Shown one piece after another: positions 8,634-17,181 of a stretch of DNA of 20,000 nt. How positions within the stretch are numbered: the first letter of the stretch is position 1; every line of letters begins with the position of its first letter. This stretch comes from an uncultured virus (IMG/VR IMGVR_UViG_3300035454_002149) (Duplodnaviria; Heunggongvirae; Uroviricota; Caudoviricetes): IMG/VR virus record IMGVR_UViG_3300035454_002149. One strand, 5' to 3'. A program made the translations under genes and the position numbers. The notes beneath the pieces were generated by a model, which saw only the letters and a program-made list of their open reading frames with translations, was not told the origin of the DNA and searched no databases.

Positions 8634-8641
8634 TATTTATA
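8634..8641 (-). promoter_or_regulatory. Perfect T4 late promoter TATAAATA
   Basis: Exact match to the T4 gp55 consensus, 5 nt before ATG 8628. Confidence 0.7.
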
Positions 8642-8671
8642 TAGGTTAGCACGAAATAAACATTATGTCAA

Positions 8672-8701
8672 CAAAAAACCCCACCGAAGTGAGGTTTTTT
8701 G
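8672..8701 (-). terminator. Intrinsic terminator after the major capsid gene
   Basis: AAAAAACCTCAC-TTCG-GTGGGGTTTTTT: a C(UUCG)G tetraloop stem followed by a U-tract. Confidence 0.85.
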
Positions 8702-8724
8702 ATGTTTCAAACAACTCGAACTGA

Positions 8725-9942
8725 TTACGAGAACGACAAATTGCTCACGGCAATTTCTCCCACGTAGTCGCCGGCGTTGCCGAACGAACTCGCGGTGTTT
8801 GTCAATTCTATGTAGCCATATCTTGTCATAAATGACACGACTGGTTCGAACGTTGTGGGATCCAACACAACACCACTGCTCATCAGAGGAATGTATGGGC
8901 AGTAGAACGCTGCTGCATCAGCCTCGGAAGAACCTTTGTAACCAACCAACACAGGTGTGGAATCGCTGGCATAGCTGTCAACGAACACACGCATAGCGCC
9001 GTTCAGTGTACCAACAAACTTGGTGTTTGTGGGAGCTTCGAAAGTACCTTCTGTGGTACGTGCGAAAGCGGATGTTGTAGCAGATTGCAACACAGTCAAG
9101 CTAGCGGGCGAAACGACTGCCCAGTTACCAGCGCCACGACGTGTACGCTGAGCGATCAGGTTAGCAACACGGTTGATCAGAACTGCCAGTGCGGCATGCT
9201 CGTCACCAACGAATGTGGCTGTACCAGAAACGGTAGCTTGGTTGTATGTGAACTCTGTCTGTGCCAAACTGCGCAGCGACAAGAGGATCTCTTGGTCGAT
9301 CTCAGCTGTGATCTCTTGGGCCAAAGCTGCCATGATCTCGGCTTCTACGTCGATACCATGCATAGCTTGTGCGTCTTGAGCAGCTTCAAATGTCCAGCGA
9401 GCTTGCAGTTTACGTGTCTTAGCTTCAACTGCTTGCTTCAGGATCTGCACGGAGATCTGACGACCACCGTTGCCCTCAAGGGCAGCAGTCTGACCACCAG
9501 CATAGCCTTGAGCGGCTGTCTGGGTTGTGGCAGCGTTGTCAGCACCACGAGCGCCGGCCGAGTAGGCAACAGCGATCTTGAAGGGGCTCAGAGCCTCTTC
9601 ACCAGCTGTTACAGAAGTAGCGGCTGCTGTTTGGTCAGTCATCGTGCTGGCATAACGCACACGCAGAGTGTGGATCTGGCCAACAGGACCGGTCATGGGC
9701 TGCACACCAACGAGTTCGTTAGCGATAACAGTGGGCATAACCCGTCGAATCACCGGCAGGATCACGCGGTTAAGCGTAGCGATATTGCCGGAGACAGTAG
9801 AACCAGGACTTGCGTTCTCTTTCAGGTACTTGCGGGTGTTCTCGAGGATGACACCCATTGTGTTGCGGCGTGAACCTTTGAGGCCTTCCATGAGGGCTTC
9901 TTTGGTCTCGTCCCAACGGCTTTCTAACAGTTCTTGTGACAT
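8725..9942 (-). CDS. gp23: Major capsid protein, T4 gp23-like
   Basis: RRVMPTVIANELVGVQPMTGPVGQI, VEAKTRKLQARWTFEAAQD..AMHGIDVEAE, GYKG...DAAAFYCPYIPL and DPTTFEP...FMTRYG; AGGAG RBS. Confidence 0.97.
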   Translation of the reverse strand: MSQELLESRWDETKEALMEGLKGSRRNTMGVILENTRKYLKENASPGSTVSGNIATLNRVILPVIRRVMPTVIANELVGVQPMTGPVGQIHTLRVRYASTMTDQTAAATSVTAGEEALSPFKIAVAYSAGARGADNAATTQTAAQGYAGGQTAALEGNGGRQISVQILKQAVEAKTRKLQARWTFEAAQDAQAMHGIDVEAEIMAALAQEITAEIDQEILLSLRSLAQTEFTYNQATVSGTATFVGDEHAALAVLINRVANLIAQRTRRGAGNWAVVSPASLTVLQSATTSAFARTTEGTFEAPTNTKFVGTLNGAMRVFVDSYASDSTPVLVGYKGSSEADAAAFYCPYIPLMSSGVVLDPTTFEPVVSFMTRYGYIELTNTASSFGNAGDYVGEIAVSNLSFS

Positions 9943-9960
9943 TTAAGTCTCCTTTTTCTA

Positions 9961-11052
9961 TTACAGTCCTGCCAGGCGCTTGATATCGATGACGTTGGAA
10001 CGGTCTTCTTCTTCAACTGCCTTGACATTTTTATCACCAGTCACTGCGACATGGCTCTCAGCGATCACCGATTTAGCTTTCACTGTCTTGCCTTCTGCCA
10101 GCACTGCCGGTAGATACTTCTCAAAAGCGCCTTTTAGACGTTGGGTCTGTACGCTTTCCAAGAGATTCTTCATGACTTCACGCTTCTCTTCATTGAGAGG
10201 AGCCAGCAATTCTTCCAAGGTGCTTTGACGCTCATTGGATTCCTTGATCATGCGGATCTCACGCTCTTTGGATTCGACGATGACTGATTTCTCTTCGGCG
10301 ATCCGGGTGGCTTCGGCCAACTGTTGCTCTTTGGCAGAAATTTCTTGGCGCAACTTGCGGACTTCAGCGTTCTCATTGAGATGAGTAGCGCCAAATTCTG
10401 CTGCATAGGCTTCAAAAATACGGCGACCAAAATTGTTCTCACGAGCAATCTTGATATCTTCGTGCAACTGGCTTAGTTCAGCCTTGAGATGCTTGCTAAC
10501 AGCTTGACCCATCTTGGCAGCAGATTCTTTTACGAAACGTGCTTTCAATGACTCAAGTTGACCACGTGCATCGCGGACCAGACGTACTTTGGTTTCTACC
10601 AAATCACGCTTGTCTTGTGCGAATTCCATGATCTCTTCTGCAAGAGCACGGACAACAAACTTCTCGAGTTTTTCGATAGCTTCGTTGTGCTGCTTGCGAT
10701 CTTTGCGCAATTCACCAATTTCTTCAGCCAATTTAGAAACCATGAAGTCGTTGAACTTCGTTGAGGATTCTTTGATCTTAGCTTGGAAACGGACGCGATC
10801 TTCTGCCAGTGCTTGCTTTTCAGCAGCAACAGCCGAGATCTCTGCTTGCAGACCTTCTGTTACCATGCGATCTAGGGCTTCCACCATTACTGTTTTGTCA
10901 TGCTCATAGCGTTGTGCAAACTCTTCGCGGAGTTCTGCACGTACTTGTTCACGAGCCTCGAGCAGCTTGGCTTCCCATGCTTCGGAAATAGCTGTGCGAG
11001 TGTCTTCGTTGATCAAGTCGCTATCTAGTAAGGGTTTGAGTGCATCTAACAT
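9961..11052 (-). CDS. gp22: Prohead core scaffold protein, T4 gp22-like
   Basis: Glu/Lys-rich coiled-coil protein located between the protease and capsid genes. Confidence 0.8.
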   Translation of the reverse strand: MLDALKPLLDSDLINEDTRTAISEAWEAKLLEAREQVRAELREEFAQRYEHDKTVMVEALDRMVTEGLQAEISAVAAEKQALAEDRVRFQAKIKESSTKFNDFMVSKLAEEIGELRKDRKQHNEAIEKLEKFVVRALAEEIMEFAQDKRDLVETKVRLVRDARGQLESLKARFVKESAAKMGQAVSKHLKAELSQLHEDIKIARENNFGRRIFEAYAAEFGATHLNENAEVRKLRQEISAKEQQLAEATRIAEEKSVIVESKEREIRMIKESNERQSTLEELLAPLNEEKREVMKNLLESVQTQRLKGAFEKYLPAVLAEGKTVKAKSVIAESHVAVTGDKNVKAVEEEDRSNVIDIKRLAGL

Positions 11053-11061
11053 GCGTTTCTC

Positions 11062-11688
11062 CTAGATTTTGAGATCTTTGATGAGCTTGGTTATCTCGCT
11101 CTTCAAATATCTCTGTACTTTGTTGTCTCCCCCAGCTTCTTTGGCCATCTCGAACACACGATGACCATATTTCATGTTCATCAAGCCTTCATAGATTGCT
11201 TTGGGATATGCGTTGGGCGCACTGGGTTGGGCAACAATGTCGACAGTGACTATTTCAAAATCACTGACGTGTCCGTTGGCCTCGTTTACGTTTCCGGAAC
11301 CGCGGCTCGAAACTCCTAATTTTACACCCGATTCCAACATGGTCTTGACCAGTTGGCCCATGGGTGTGGGCAGAATCTTTAATTTACCAAATCCGTTGGG
11401 ACCATCCATCCACATCGAAACGATGATGTGGCTCACTCGATCCAAGTTGATCTTGAGGTCATCGGGATGGTCAACTTCGCCCATCACTGAGTAACCTTCT
11501 GTGATCTGTTCGTTCAGTGTCTGCACTGCACGCTCGATCTCGTTTACAGGATAAACACGCTCATTGGCATTCTTTACACCACCTTGGATGCAGATGCCTT
11601 TCATATAGAGGTCCTTACCTTCACCAGCGCCTTCGACAACAATGCCAGCCTGGTTAAAGGTAAGGTTTTCTCTGAGGTAAAGAGCCAT
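11062..11688 (-). CDS. gp21: Prohead maturation protease, T4 gp21-like
   Basis: KNANERVYP, GEVDHP (catalytic His), LGVSSRGSG (catalytic Ser) and DIVAQPSAPNA. Confidence 0.95.
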   Translation of the reverse strand: MALYLRENLTFNQAGIVVEGAGEGKDLYMKGICIQGGVKNANERVYPVNEIERAVQTLNEQITEGYSVMGEVDHPDDLKINLDRVSHIIVSMWMDGPNGFGKLKILPTPMGQLVKTMLESGVKLGVSSRGSGNVNEANGHVSDFEIVTVDIVAQPSAPNAYPKAIYEGLMNMKYGHRVFEMAKEAGGDNKVQRYLKSEITKLIKDLKI

Positions 11689-11701
11689 TTACCTTCGGTC
11701 C

Positions 11702-12505
11702 TTATTGCTTGGGCAAGGGCGACTTGGTGTTGACACCAGAAGCTTGCGCAAGATGAGGTTTAGTAGCAGGCTTGGGTTCCTGTGTGCTTTGTGCAGGAGT
11801 GTTGCCTACTTTGCCAATTGCGTCTTTTGCTGTGGGTGCAGCACGACCTTGTGCTTCACCACCGGTTGTGCTCACAGGCTTGGCAACAGCACCTTTTGCG
11901 CCAGAATTGGCAGCAACAGGGCTCTTGGCATCTGTGCCAGCAGGCTCGGTAGTCACAGGCTTGGGAGCAGCTTTAAGGCTGACGTTTTCCATCATGCCTT
12001 CTGTTTCTAGTTCGTCAGCAGCGACTTCCTCAGCATCCATGTCGCCACCAAATTCTTCTTCGCCGCCCATTTCAACATCCATGTCGGCTTCTTCGGCGCC
12101 TTCGTCGCCCATAAGAGCTTCAAATTCTGCCATGAGTTCGTCCAGCTTGTCTTCCAAGTCAACCACGCGATCTTCGAGATCGGCATCGGCCATTTCTTCA
12201 GCGCCGGCTTCTTCGCCTTCACCTTCGATAGCGATACCTTCTTCTTCAACTTCGATATCATCGATGAGATCGTCAGCTTGGTCGCCGCCCATGGCTTCTT
12301 CCATGCCTTCTTCGACGGCCTCTGCAGACTCGTCCATCTCTTCTTTGTCTTCGTCGTCGTGCTTGGCTTCTTCGACGGTTTCTTCTTCCATCATCTCTTC
12401 GTAGATCTGACGGCTTTTCTCCACGACGATGTCGTGGAACAGTTCACGGGCTTTCGCCTCTTCATCATTGATCACATATTCGATCAGTTGTTCAAATTTA
12501 TTCAT
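11702..12505 (-). CDS. Highly acidic prohead core/internal protein
   Basis: Glu/Asp-rich with an Ala/Pro/Lys-rich tail, at the position of T4 gp67/gp68. Start set to ATG 12505 because GGAGG lies at 12511-12515. Confidence 0.7.
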   Translation of the reverse strand: MNKFEQLIEYVINDEEAKARELFHDIVVEKSRQIYEEMMEEETVEEAKHDDEDKEEMDESAEAVEEGMEEAMGGDQADDLIDDIEVEEEGIAIEGEGEEAGAEEMADADLEDRVVDLEDKLDELMAEFEALMGDEGAEEADMDVEMGGEEEFGGDMDAEEVAADELETEGMMENVSLKAAPKPVTTEPAGTDAKSPVAANSGAKGAVAKPVSTTGGEAQGRAAPTAKDAIGKVGNTPAQSTQEPKPATKPHLAQASGVNTKSPLPKQ

Positions 12506-12536
12506 GAGACCCTCCAAAAGTAATGGCTCTGTGATA

Positions 12537-12542
12537 TATTTA
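12537..12542 (-). promoter_or_regulatory. Late promoter motif GTAAATA
   Basis: Upstream of the core-protease-scaffold-capsid block. Confidence 0.55.
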
Positions 12543-12556
12543 CAACACCACGGAGT

Positions 12557-12596
12557 TTTCTAGGTACTTTTGGGGGTATTTCTAGGTATTTTGGGG
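12557..12596. repeat. Short intergenic direct repeat TTTCTAGGTA(C)TTTTGGGG x2
   Basis: Copies at 12557-12575 and 12579-12596. Confidence 0.7.
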
Positions 12597-12597
12597 A

Positions 12598-12816
12598 TTA
12601 TACCAGGGGTTGTGCAGGAGGAGCGTACTGGGTTTGTACTTTTTTGAGTTTTTGTTTAAATTCGTAAGTGCGCACATCGTTGAGACGACGCAGTTTGTTG
12701 ATCTGTCTCAGCGTGAGTTTGGTCTTGCGGAGATCGCTAAGATGCGGCTGCGAATTGTCTTGCTTCACATCTTGATAGGCTTCTGGTTCACGCTCGTAGA
12801 GTTCGTTAAGGATCAT
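12598..12816 (-). CDS. Small basic head-module protein (hypothetical)
   Basis: 72 aa containing RKTKLTLRQINKLR, directly after the portal gene and preceded by ATAAATA. Confidence 0.75.
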   Translation of the reverse strand: MILNELYEREPEAYQDVKQDNSQPHLSDLRKTKLTLRQINKLRRLNDVRTYEFKQKLKKVQTQYAPPAQPLV

Positions 12817-12821
12817 ATCAA

Positions 12822-12828
12822 TATTTAT
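12822..12828 (-). promoter_or_regulatory. Late promoter motif ATAAATA overlapping the portal stop codon
   Basis: GCATAAATATTGATATG. Confidence 0.55.
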
Positions 12829-14618
12829 GCAGGTGCGCCCGGACTAGGCGGTACCACTGCTGCTCCTGGCTGTGACCCTGGTGCTGGTGCTCCTGGGACG
12901 CCCGGTACAGCACCTATTTCTCCTGGAGCGCCCATGTCTGCGAACTCTTGACCGGCAGTGATATCTGCTTCAAGATCTGCAGGAGTCACACCCACTGATC
13001 TGAGGTCTTGTCCTGTAGCCGAAGGTAGCTCTGGCTGGCTACGCTCTTCGTGCCAGAGTTTTTCGTTTTCGGTGATCTCTTCTTCAGTGAGTCCAAGGTA
13101 TCGTTTGAGCAGGAAACGCTTGCTCATGTAAGGTACTTGTTCCAGGGCTTGGAAAGTATTGACACGAGCAGTGTCCAGCTCTGATTCCCGGTAACTGGCA
13201 AAGTTTTGCGGTGGGCAAAACTCCACGGAAAACAAGCCAGAATCGATGTTGAAACCGCGCCAACGCATGAACATCTTGAACTCGTCGTCCAGCTTTTGGA
13301 TCACCAATCTCTGCAATCTCTCGCAATATTGATTGAATCTGTATTCTTGGATCAGTGCTGTGCCTACACGCCCATCGGTCAATGTGCGATCTGAATCATC
13401 GGGTCCTGTGGGCAAATAGCTCGAAGGCACACGTAAACCTCGGCACATCTTGTTGTTGAAATATTTTAAATCGTCGATTTCGCCCAGATTTGAACCTCCG
13501 GGCAGGGTATCTACGCTGGATCCGCGTCCATCAGCAGTCTGGGGAAAATAGTAGTCTTCATTGATGCTGAGTGGATTGTAACTGCTGTCCATGATGTGGC
13601 GCCCGTCGCCGCCGCCGGTGTGGCTGGGAATACGTCGCTGATGGATTTCGTTTTTAACACGTTCAACAAAGGCCATGGCCATGTGGCTGGGCATGTTGCC
13701 CACGTCGATTTTGAATACCCTGCGCTCTGGAGCACGAGCCACACGATAAATCAGCACAGCATCTTCCAAGAGTTCTTTCTGTTTGAATACCTTGAATATG
13801 GTTTCCAGCACGCTCATACCAAACGGCCAGTAATAGTCAAGACCCTCACTGAGGCTGAGATGCACCACATGCTTGGCGTCTATGACTGTTTCGTTCATGG
13901 CCGCTGAAAAACGGCTGCCACCCACACCTTGCCCACCTGCGCCGGCATTGGGAGCGGTATAGTTGAACGGTGCTACATAACCCGAACTGGGAGGATTGCT
14001 TTGATAATCTGTGGTGGTCTTGATGGCAATAGACAGATTCTGGAAGTTGGGATTGATGTCGCGGATCACGTATTGTTCGGGGCGCTTGCCTTCGCTTTCA
14101 TTGACGATCACGCGGGCTACTTTGGTCATGTCTACCCAGTACATCTCAAATGTTTCAGGATCGCGCACGAACACCTGATCACCGTACTTGATGGTGTTGC
14201 GGAAGATACGGAAGATGCGCTGATCCAGCTTGTTGAGCTTGACCCATTGTTGTAACTGTTTCTTGATGATTTCTACTTCGTGATCTGTGGGAGTTTCGTT
14301 GTATTTGACCCGGAAAGGCACGTTGCTTTGGGTATCGAGCTGTGTGGAAAATTCGGATAAAATGTCTAGACAGGCGTTGATTTCGGGATCAGCATCCATG
14401 TTTTCGTACTGGTTATAGCGCTCAATACGGTTAGGGTGGCCGGTGTAGACTTCGGGCAATCGGCTGGCATAGTTACGATAGACGATATCTGCGTGACCTT
14501 GCAAAGGATCACCGCCGATGTTCCTGCCGTATCCAGGCAATCCGTTAGAGTCTCTGCCACTGAGTGGACTCAGAGTTCCATCAGAATTTGCGACTTTGAA
14601 GTATTTTTTCCAGGCCAT
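12825..14618 (-). CDS. gp20: Portal vertex protein, T4 gp20-like
   Basis: LLEDAVLIYRVARAPERRVFKIDVGNMP, EDYYFP...GRGSSVDTLPGGSNLGEIDDLKYF and LRVPSSYL. Confidence 0.97.
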   Translation of the reverse strand: MAWKKYFKVANSDGTLSPLSGRDSNGLPGYGRNIGGDPLQGHADIVYRNYASRLPEVYTGHPNRIERYNQYENMDADPEINACLDILSEFSTQLDTQSNVPFRVKYNETPTDHEVEIIKKQLQQWVKLNKLDQRIFRIFRNTIKYGDQVFVRDPETFEMYWVDMTKVARVIVNESEGKRPEQYVIRDINPNFQNLSIAIKTTTDYQSNPPSSGYVAPFNYTAPNAGAGGQGVGGSRFSAAMNETVIDAKHVVHLSLSEGLDYYWPFGMSVLETIFKVFKQKELLEDAVLIYRVARAPERRVFKIDVGNMPSHMAMAFVERVKNEIHQRRIPSHTGGGDGRHIMDSSYNPLSINEDYYFPQTADGRGSSVDTLPGGSNLGEIDDLKYFNNKMCRGLRVPSSYLPTGPDDSDRTLTDGRVGTALIQEYRFNQYCERLQRLVIQKLDDEFKMFMRWRGFNIDSGLFSVEFCPPQNFASYRESELDTARVNTFQALEQVPYMSKRFLLKRYLGLTEEEITENEKLWHEERSQPELPSATGQDLRSVGVTPADLEADITAGQEFADMGAPGEIGAVPGVPGAPAPGSQPGAAVVPPSPGAPA

Positions 14619-14639
14619 AACTATCCTTGACTAGTGGTA

Positions 14640-14645
14640 TATTTA
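14640..14645 (-). promoter_or_regulatory. Late promoter motif GGTAAATA
   Basis: Upstream of an AAGGA RBS and the portal ATG. Confidence 0.55.
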
Positions 14646-14648
14646 CCG

Positions 14649-17129
14649 CTAACTTGAGGACATCTGCAGTATCTTCTGGCTGGTATCTAATTGTCTGCGC
14701 ATGAGTTCAACCATGTCGTCCAATCTTGATATTTGGGACATCACTGCATTGACTTGCTCGCGCATGTTATTTGACAGATCGGGCATTTCTACAGGGATAG
14801 TACGACCATCTTTCAATGGGATGATGGCTTCGGTGCCATGTAACACAGCGGTGTATCCGCTAGTGGGACCAGATGCCACACCACCAAAACGATAACCGCT
14901 ACCACCCATTTTATCAGAGATCACCTTTTTAAGATCACCTACGCTGGAAACGCCGCGGAATATGGCAGGATTGCTGTCGATGATTCCTTTGTTAAACAAA
15001 TTAGTGACCGGCACTGAATCAGAATGGGTGAGTACTGCCCGGGCGCCGGCTGGACCAAAAACGTGTGCCATATAGACCGCAGCGTCAGTGGTGCTGAGCC
15101 CTTTGCTGGCCAGATATGATCTTAGATTATCTATCTGAGCGTTCAATGCTTCCTTCTGCAAGGAGGCGTTGCCTTGATATTGTTCAAATGTGGTGCCGTA
15201 GAGTGCGCTGCCCGGAGAAGAAGATTTTACCAGATCCTGATATCTACCACGTGTGATCTGCCCCAATCCTGAAGCTGAACTGTAGGGGTTGCGTGCAGTA
15301 ACCGAGCCACCTTCGGCCCTGACTATTTTGCTGGCTAAATCACCAATGGCTGCAGCAGTACCCCTGGCTGGTCCACCAGCGGCTGCTGCACCCGTGGCTG
15401 CTGGTCCACCAACCGTTCTAGCACCCGGCATGGCACTGACTGCATTGGCAAACAGTTTGGTTGCGCCAGCAAAGGTATTGCCGGTCTGGGCAAACGATCT
15501 CACCACACCGTCCATGCTCATGGCTGCGTTCAGCTGAGATCTCCCACCATCTACTAATTTCCCTAATTCTGCGTTGTTTAGTAACTGTAAATTCTTTTCG
15601 TCTTTGAGAAACTCATCCAGGGTCATGCCTTTCTGGGCAGCCATTTCTTGTATGCGTTGCAGGCGGATATTGGCATCCAGCAGCTGGGCGATGTTGCCCT
15701 GGATGACATCAATCTGGCCGGTGAATCTCGTGGTTTCGCTCAGTGAATCAATCTGATCTTTTGCAAATCCCAATGATTTCTGCAAGGTCTCTGCCACAGT
15801 TGTGTTGGGATCATTTAGCGCATCGTGGAGTCCTAATTGCATAGCAGCACGGACCGATTCCGGTGTGCTCATTACCCCGCCGCCAGCGGCAAATTGGAGA
15901 GTACCGGTGGCCAGGTCTGTCATACCGGCTGCACGCAGCATTGCAGCCAATCGGTTGGCTTTTTCTAAACGTTTGACCTCTTCAGTATCTCCGCGAATTT
16001 CAGCTGCTCTCTGCGCACTACGGAATCTCGCATCGGCCATGTTGGCATCAATGGCTTTTTGCTGCGCTTCTCGGCTGGCCCCAGTGAGTTGGGACATGAG
16101 GTCCATCTCTTTGGCAAACTTAGATCCTTCCACTGCCAATTGCTGTGCGGTCTTGAGCTCAATCTGTCCGGTACGAGCCTGCAGAGTCATGTAAGACATC
16201 ATGGCCTCGCGCTGCTCTTCTCGGGTGATGCCCATCATTTCAAGCTCACGACCGTACTCCTTGACCATGGTTCCTGCAGCGTCGGCAAATTTCTTGACAC
16301 CACCAGCTGCTGTAGCACCAAACATTCCCAAGGTGGCTACGTTGTTGCTCAATAGCTTGTTGAACTCTTCCAATTCAGCCGCCGACATGCCCAAGGTCTG
16401 CAGTGTACCAAACACATCATTGAGACCGCTTGTGAGTCCTATACCGGCACGGCTGAGGTTGTTGAATGACTTGAAAAGATTGTCGGTCTGTTCTGCGGCT
16501 TTTTCGTTGAGATCACTGACCAGCCCTACTGCCTTGGATACACCTACTAGGGCTATGCCCAGCAATCTTGCGGCCCGGGCCGCTGGCAGGAAAAAGCTCA
16601 GGACTGTGACTGTGGTACCTACTACCTCAGCGAGATCTTGCAAGGGTTTGACCGCAGCACTGGCGGCCTTGGCTGCAGGCAGCATACCTCGCTCGCCACG
16701 GTACAAGGCCCCGGCGTATTGCACAGTGGATTTGTACAGCCCTTCCAGTCCGGCAGTCAGTATCTTGGTGACTTCGCTGCCTTTTTCAAATTCCTGTCGC
16801 AACAAAGACGTAGTCGACGTGCCACGCCCAAACTCGTTCATGAGATCCGAAACCGTGTCACGATCCCGCATGCTCTGATGGATCGCTCGTTTTTTCTCTT
16901 CGTATTCTTCGCGCTGTTTCTTGACTAGAGCTGCACGTACTTCGGCCTCTGATCGGGTGGCTTTGGTGTTTGCTTCTACTGCTTTGGTGTTTTTTTCTAC
17001 TGTTTTGGTCTCAATGCCCAAGGCTTTGGCAAAGGCTTCTTCCCCGCTGATCACAGTTTTGGTCAGCTGGCGCATCTGGAAAGCCAGTTCCTGTATCTCT
17101 TCTAGTAGCAGTTCGCTTTCGCTAGCCAT
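14649..17129 (-). CDS. Tape-measure-like protein with a C-terminal lytic transglycosylase/lysozyme-like domain
   Basis: 826 aa, helical and Ala/Gly/Leu-rich. Contains IVRAEGG...ARNPYSSASGLGQIT...YMAHVFGPAGA (SLT-like motifs) and a terminal 'FGGVASGP.SGY...LHGTEAIIPL' motif. Confidence 0.7.
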   Translation of the reverse strand: MASESELLLEEIQELAFQMRQLTKTVISGEEAFAKALGIETKTVEKNTKAVEANTKATRSEAEVRAALVKKQREEYEEKKRAIHQSMRDRDTVSDLMNEFGRGTSTTSLLRQEFEKGSEVTKILTAGLEGLYKSTVQYAGALYRGERGMLPAAKAASAAVKPLQDLAEVVGTTVTVLSFFLPAARAARLLGIALVGVSKAVGLVSDLNEKAAEQTDNLFKSFNNLSRAGIGLTSGLNDVFGTLQTLGMSAAELEEFNKLLSNNVATLGMFGATAAGGVKKFADAAGTMVKEYGRELEMMGITREEQREAMMSYMTLQARTGQIELKTAQQLAVEGSKFAKEMDLMSQLTGASREAQQKAIDANMADARFRSAQRAAEIRGDTEEVKRLEKANRLAAMLRAAGMTDLATGTLQFAAGGGVMSTPESVRAAMQLGLHDALNDPNTTVAETLQKSLGFAKDQIDSLSETTRFTGQIDVIQGNIAQLLDANIRLQRIQEMAAQKGMTLDEFLKDEKNLQLLNNAELGKLVDGGRSQLNAAMSMDGVVRSFAQTGNTFAGATKLFANAVSAMPGARTVGGPAATGAAAAGGPARGTAAAIGDLASKIVRAEGGSVTARNPYSSASGLGQITRGRYQDLVKSSSPGSALYGTTFEQYQGNASLQKEALNAQIDNLRSYLASKGLSTTDAAVYMAHVFGPAGARAVLTHSDSVPVTNLFNKGIIDSNPAIFRGVSSVGDLKKVISDKMGGSGYRFGGVASGPTSGYTAVLHGTEAIIPLKDGRTIPVEMPDLSNNMREQVNAVMSQISRLDDMVELMRRQLDTSQKILQMSSS

Positions 17130-17142
17130 GGTTTTCTTAGCC

Positions 17143-17150
17143 TATAAATA
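17143..17150 (+). promoter_or_regulatory. Perfect T4 late promoter TATAAATA for the gp26-like operon
   Basis: Exact consensus, 31 nt before ATG 17182. Confidence 0.7.
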
Positions 17151-17160
17151 TCGACAGCAT

Positions 17161-17166
17161 TATTTA
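17161..17166 (-). promoter_or_regulatory. Late promoter motif GGTAAATA for the tape-measure gene
   Basis: 31 nt before ATG 17129; faces the plus-strand promoter. Confidence 0.55.
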
Positions 17167-17181
17167 CCAGAAGGAAAATCC

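Noticed and set aside
8725..17129. Numerous antisense ORFs within head and tape-measure genes; alternative genetic code
   Set aside because: These are shadow ORFs arising from codon bias. The conserved genes are intact under the standard code and end in TAA, TAG or TGA.
16921..17181. N-terminal extension of the gp26-like ORF (366-aa call)
   Set aside because: It overlaps the tape-measure gene on the opposite strand; the promoter and RBS point to ATG 17182.
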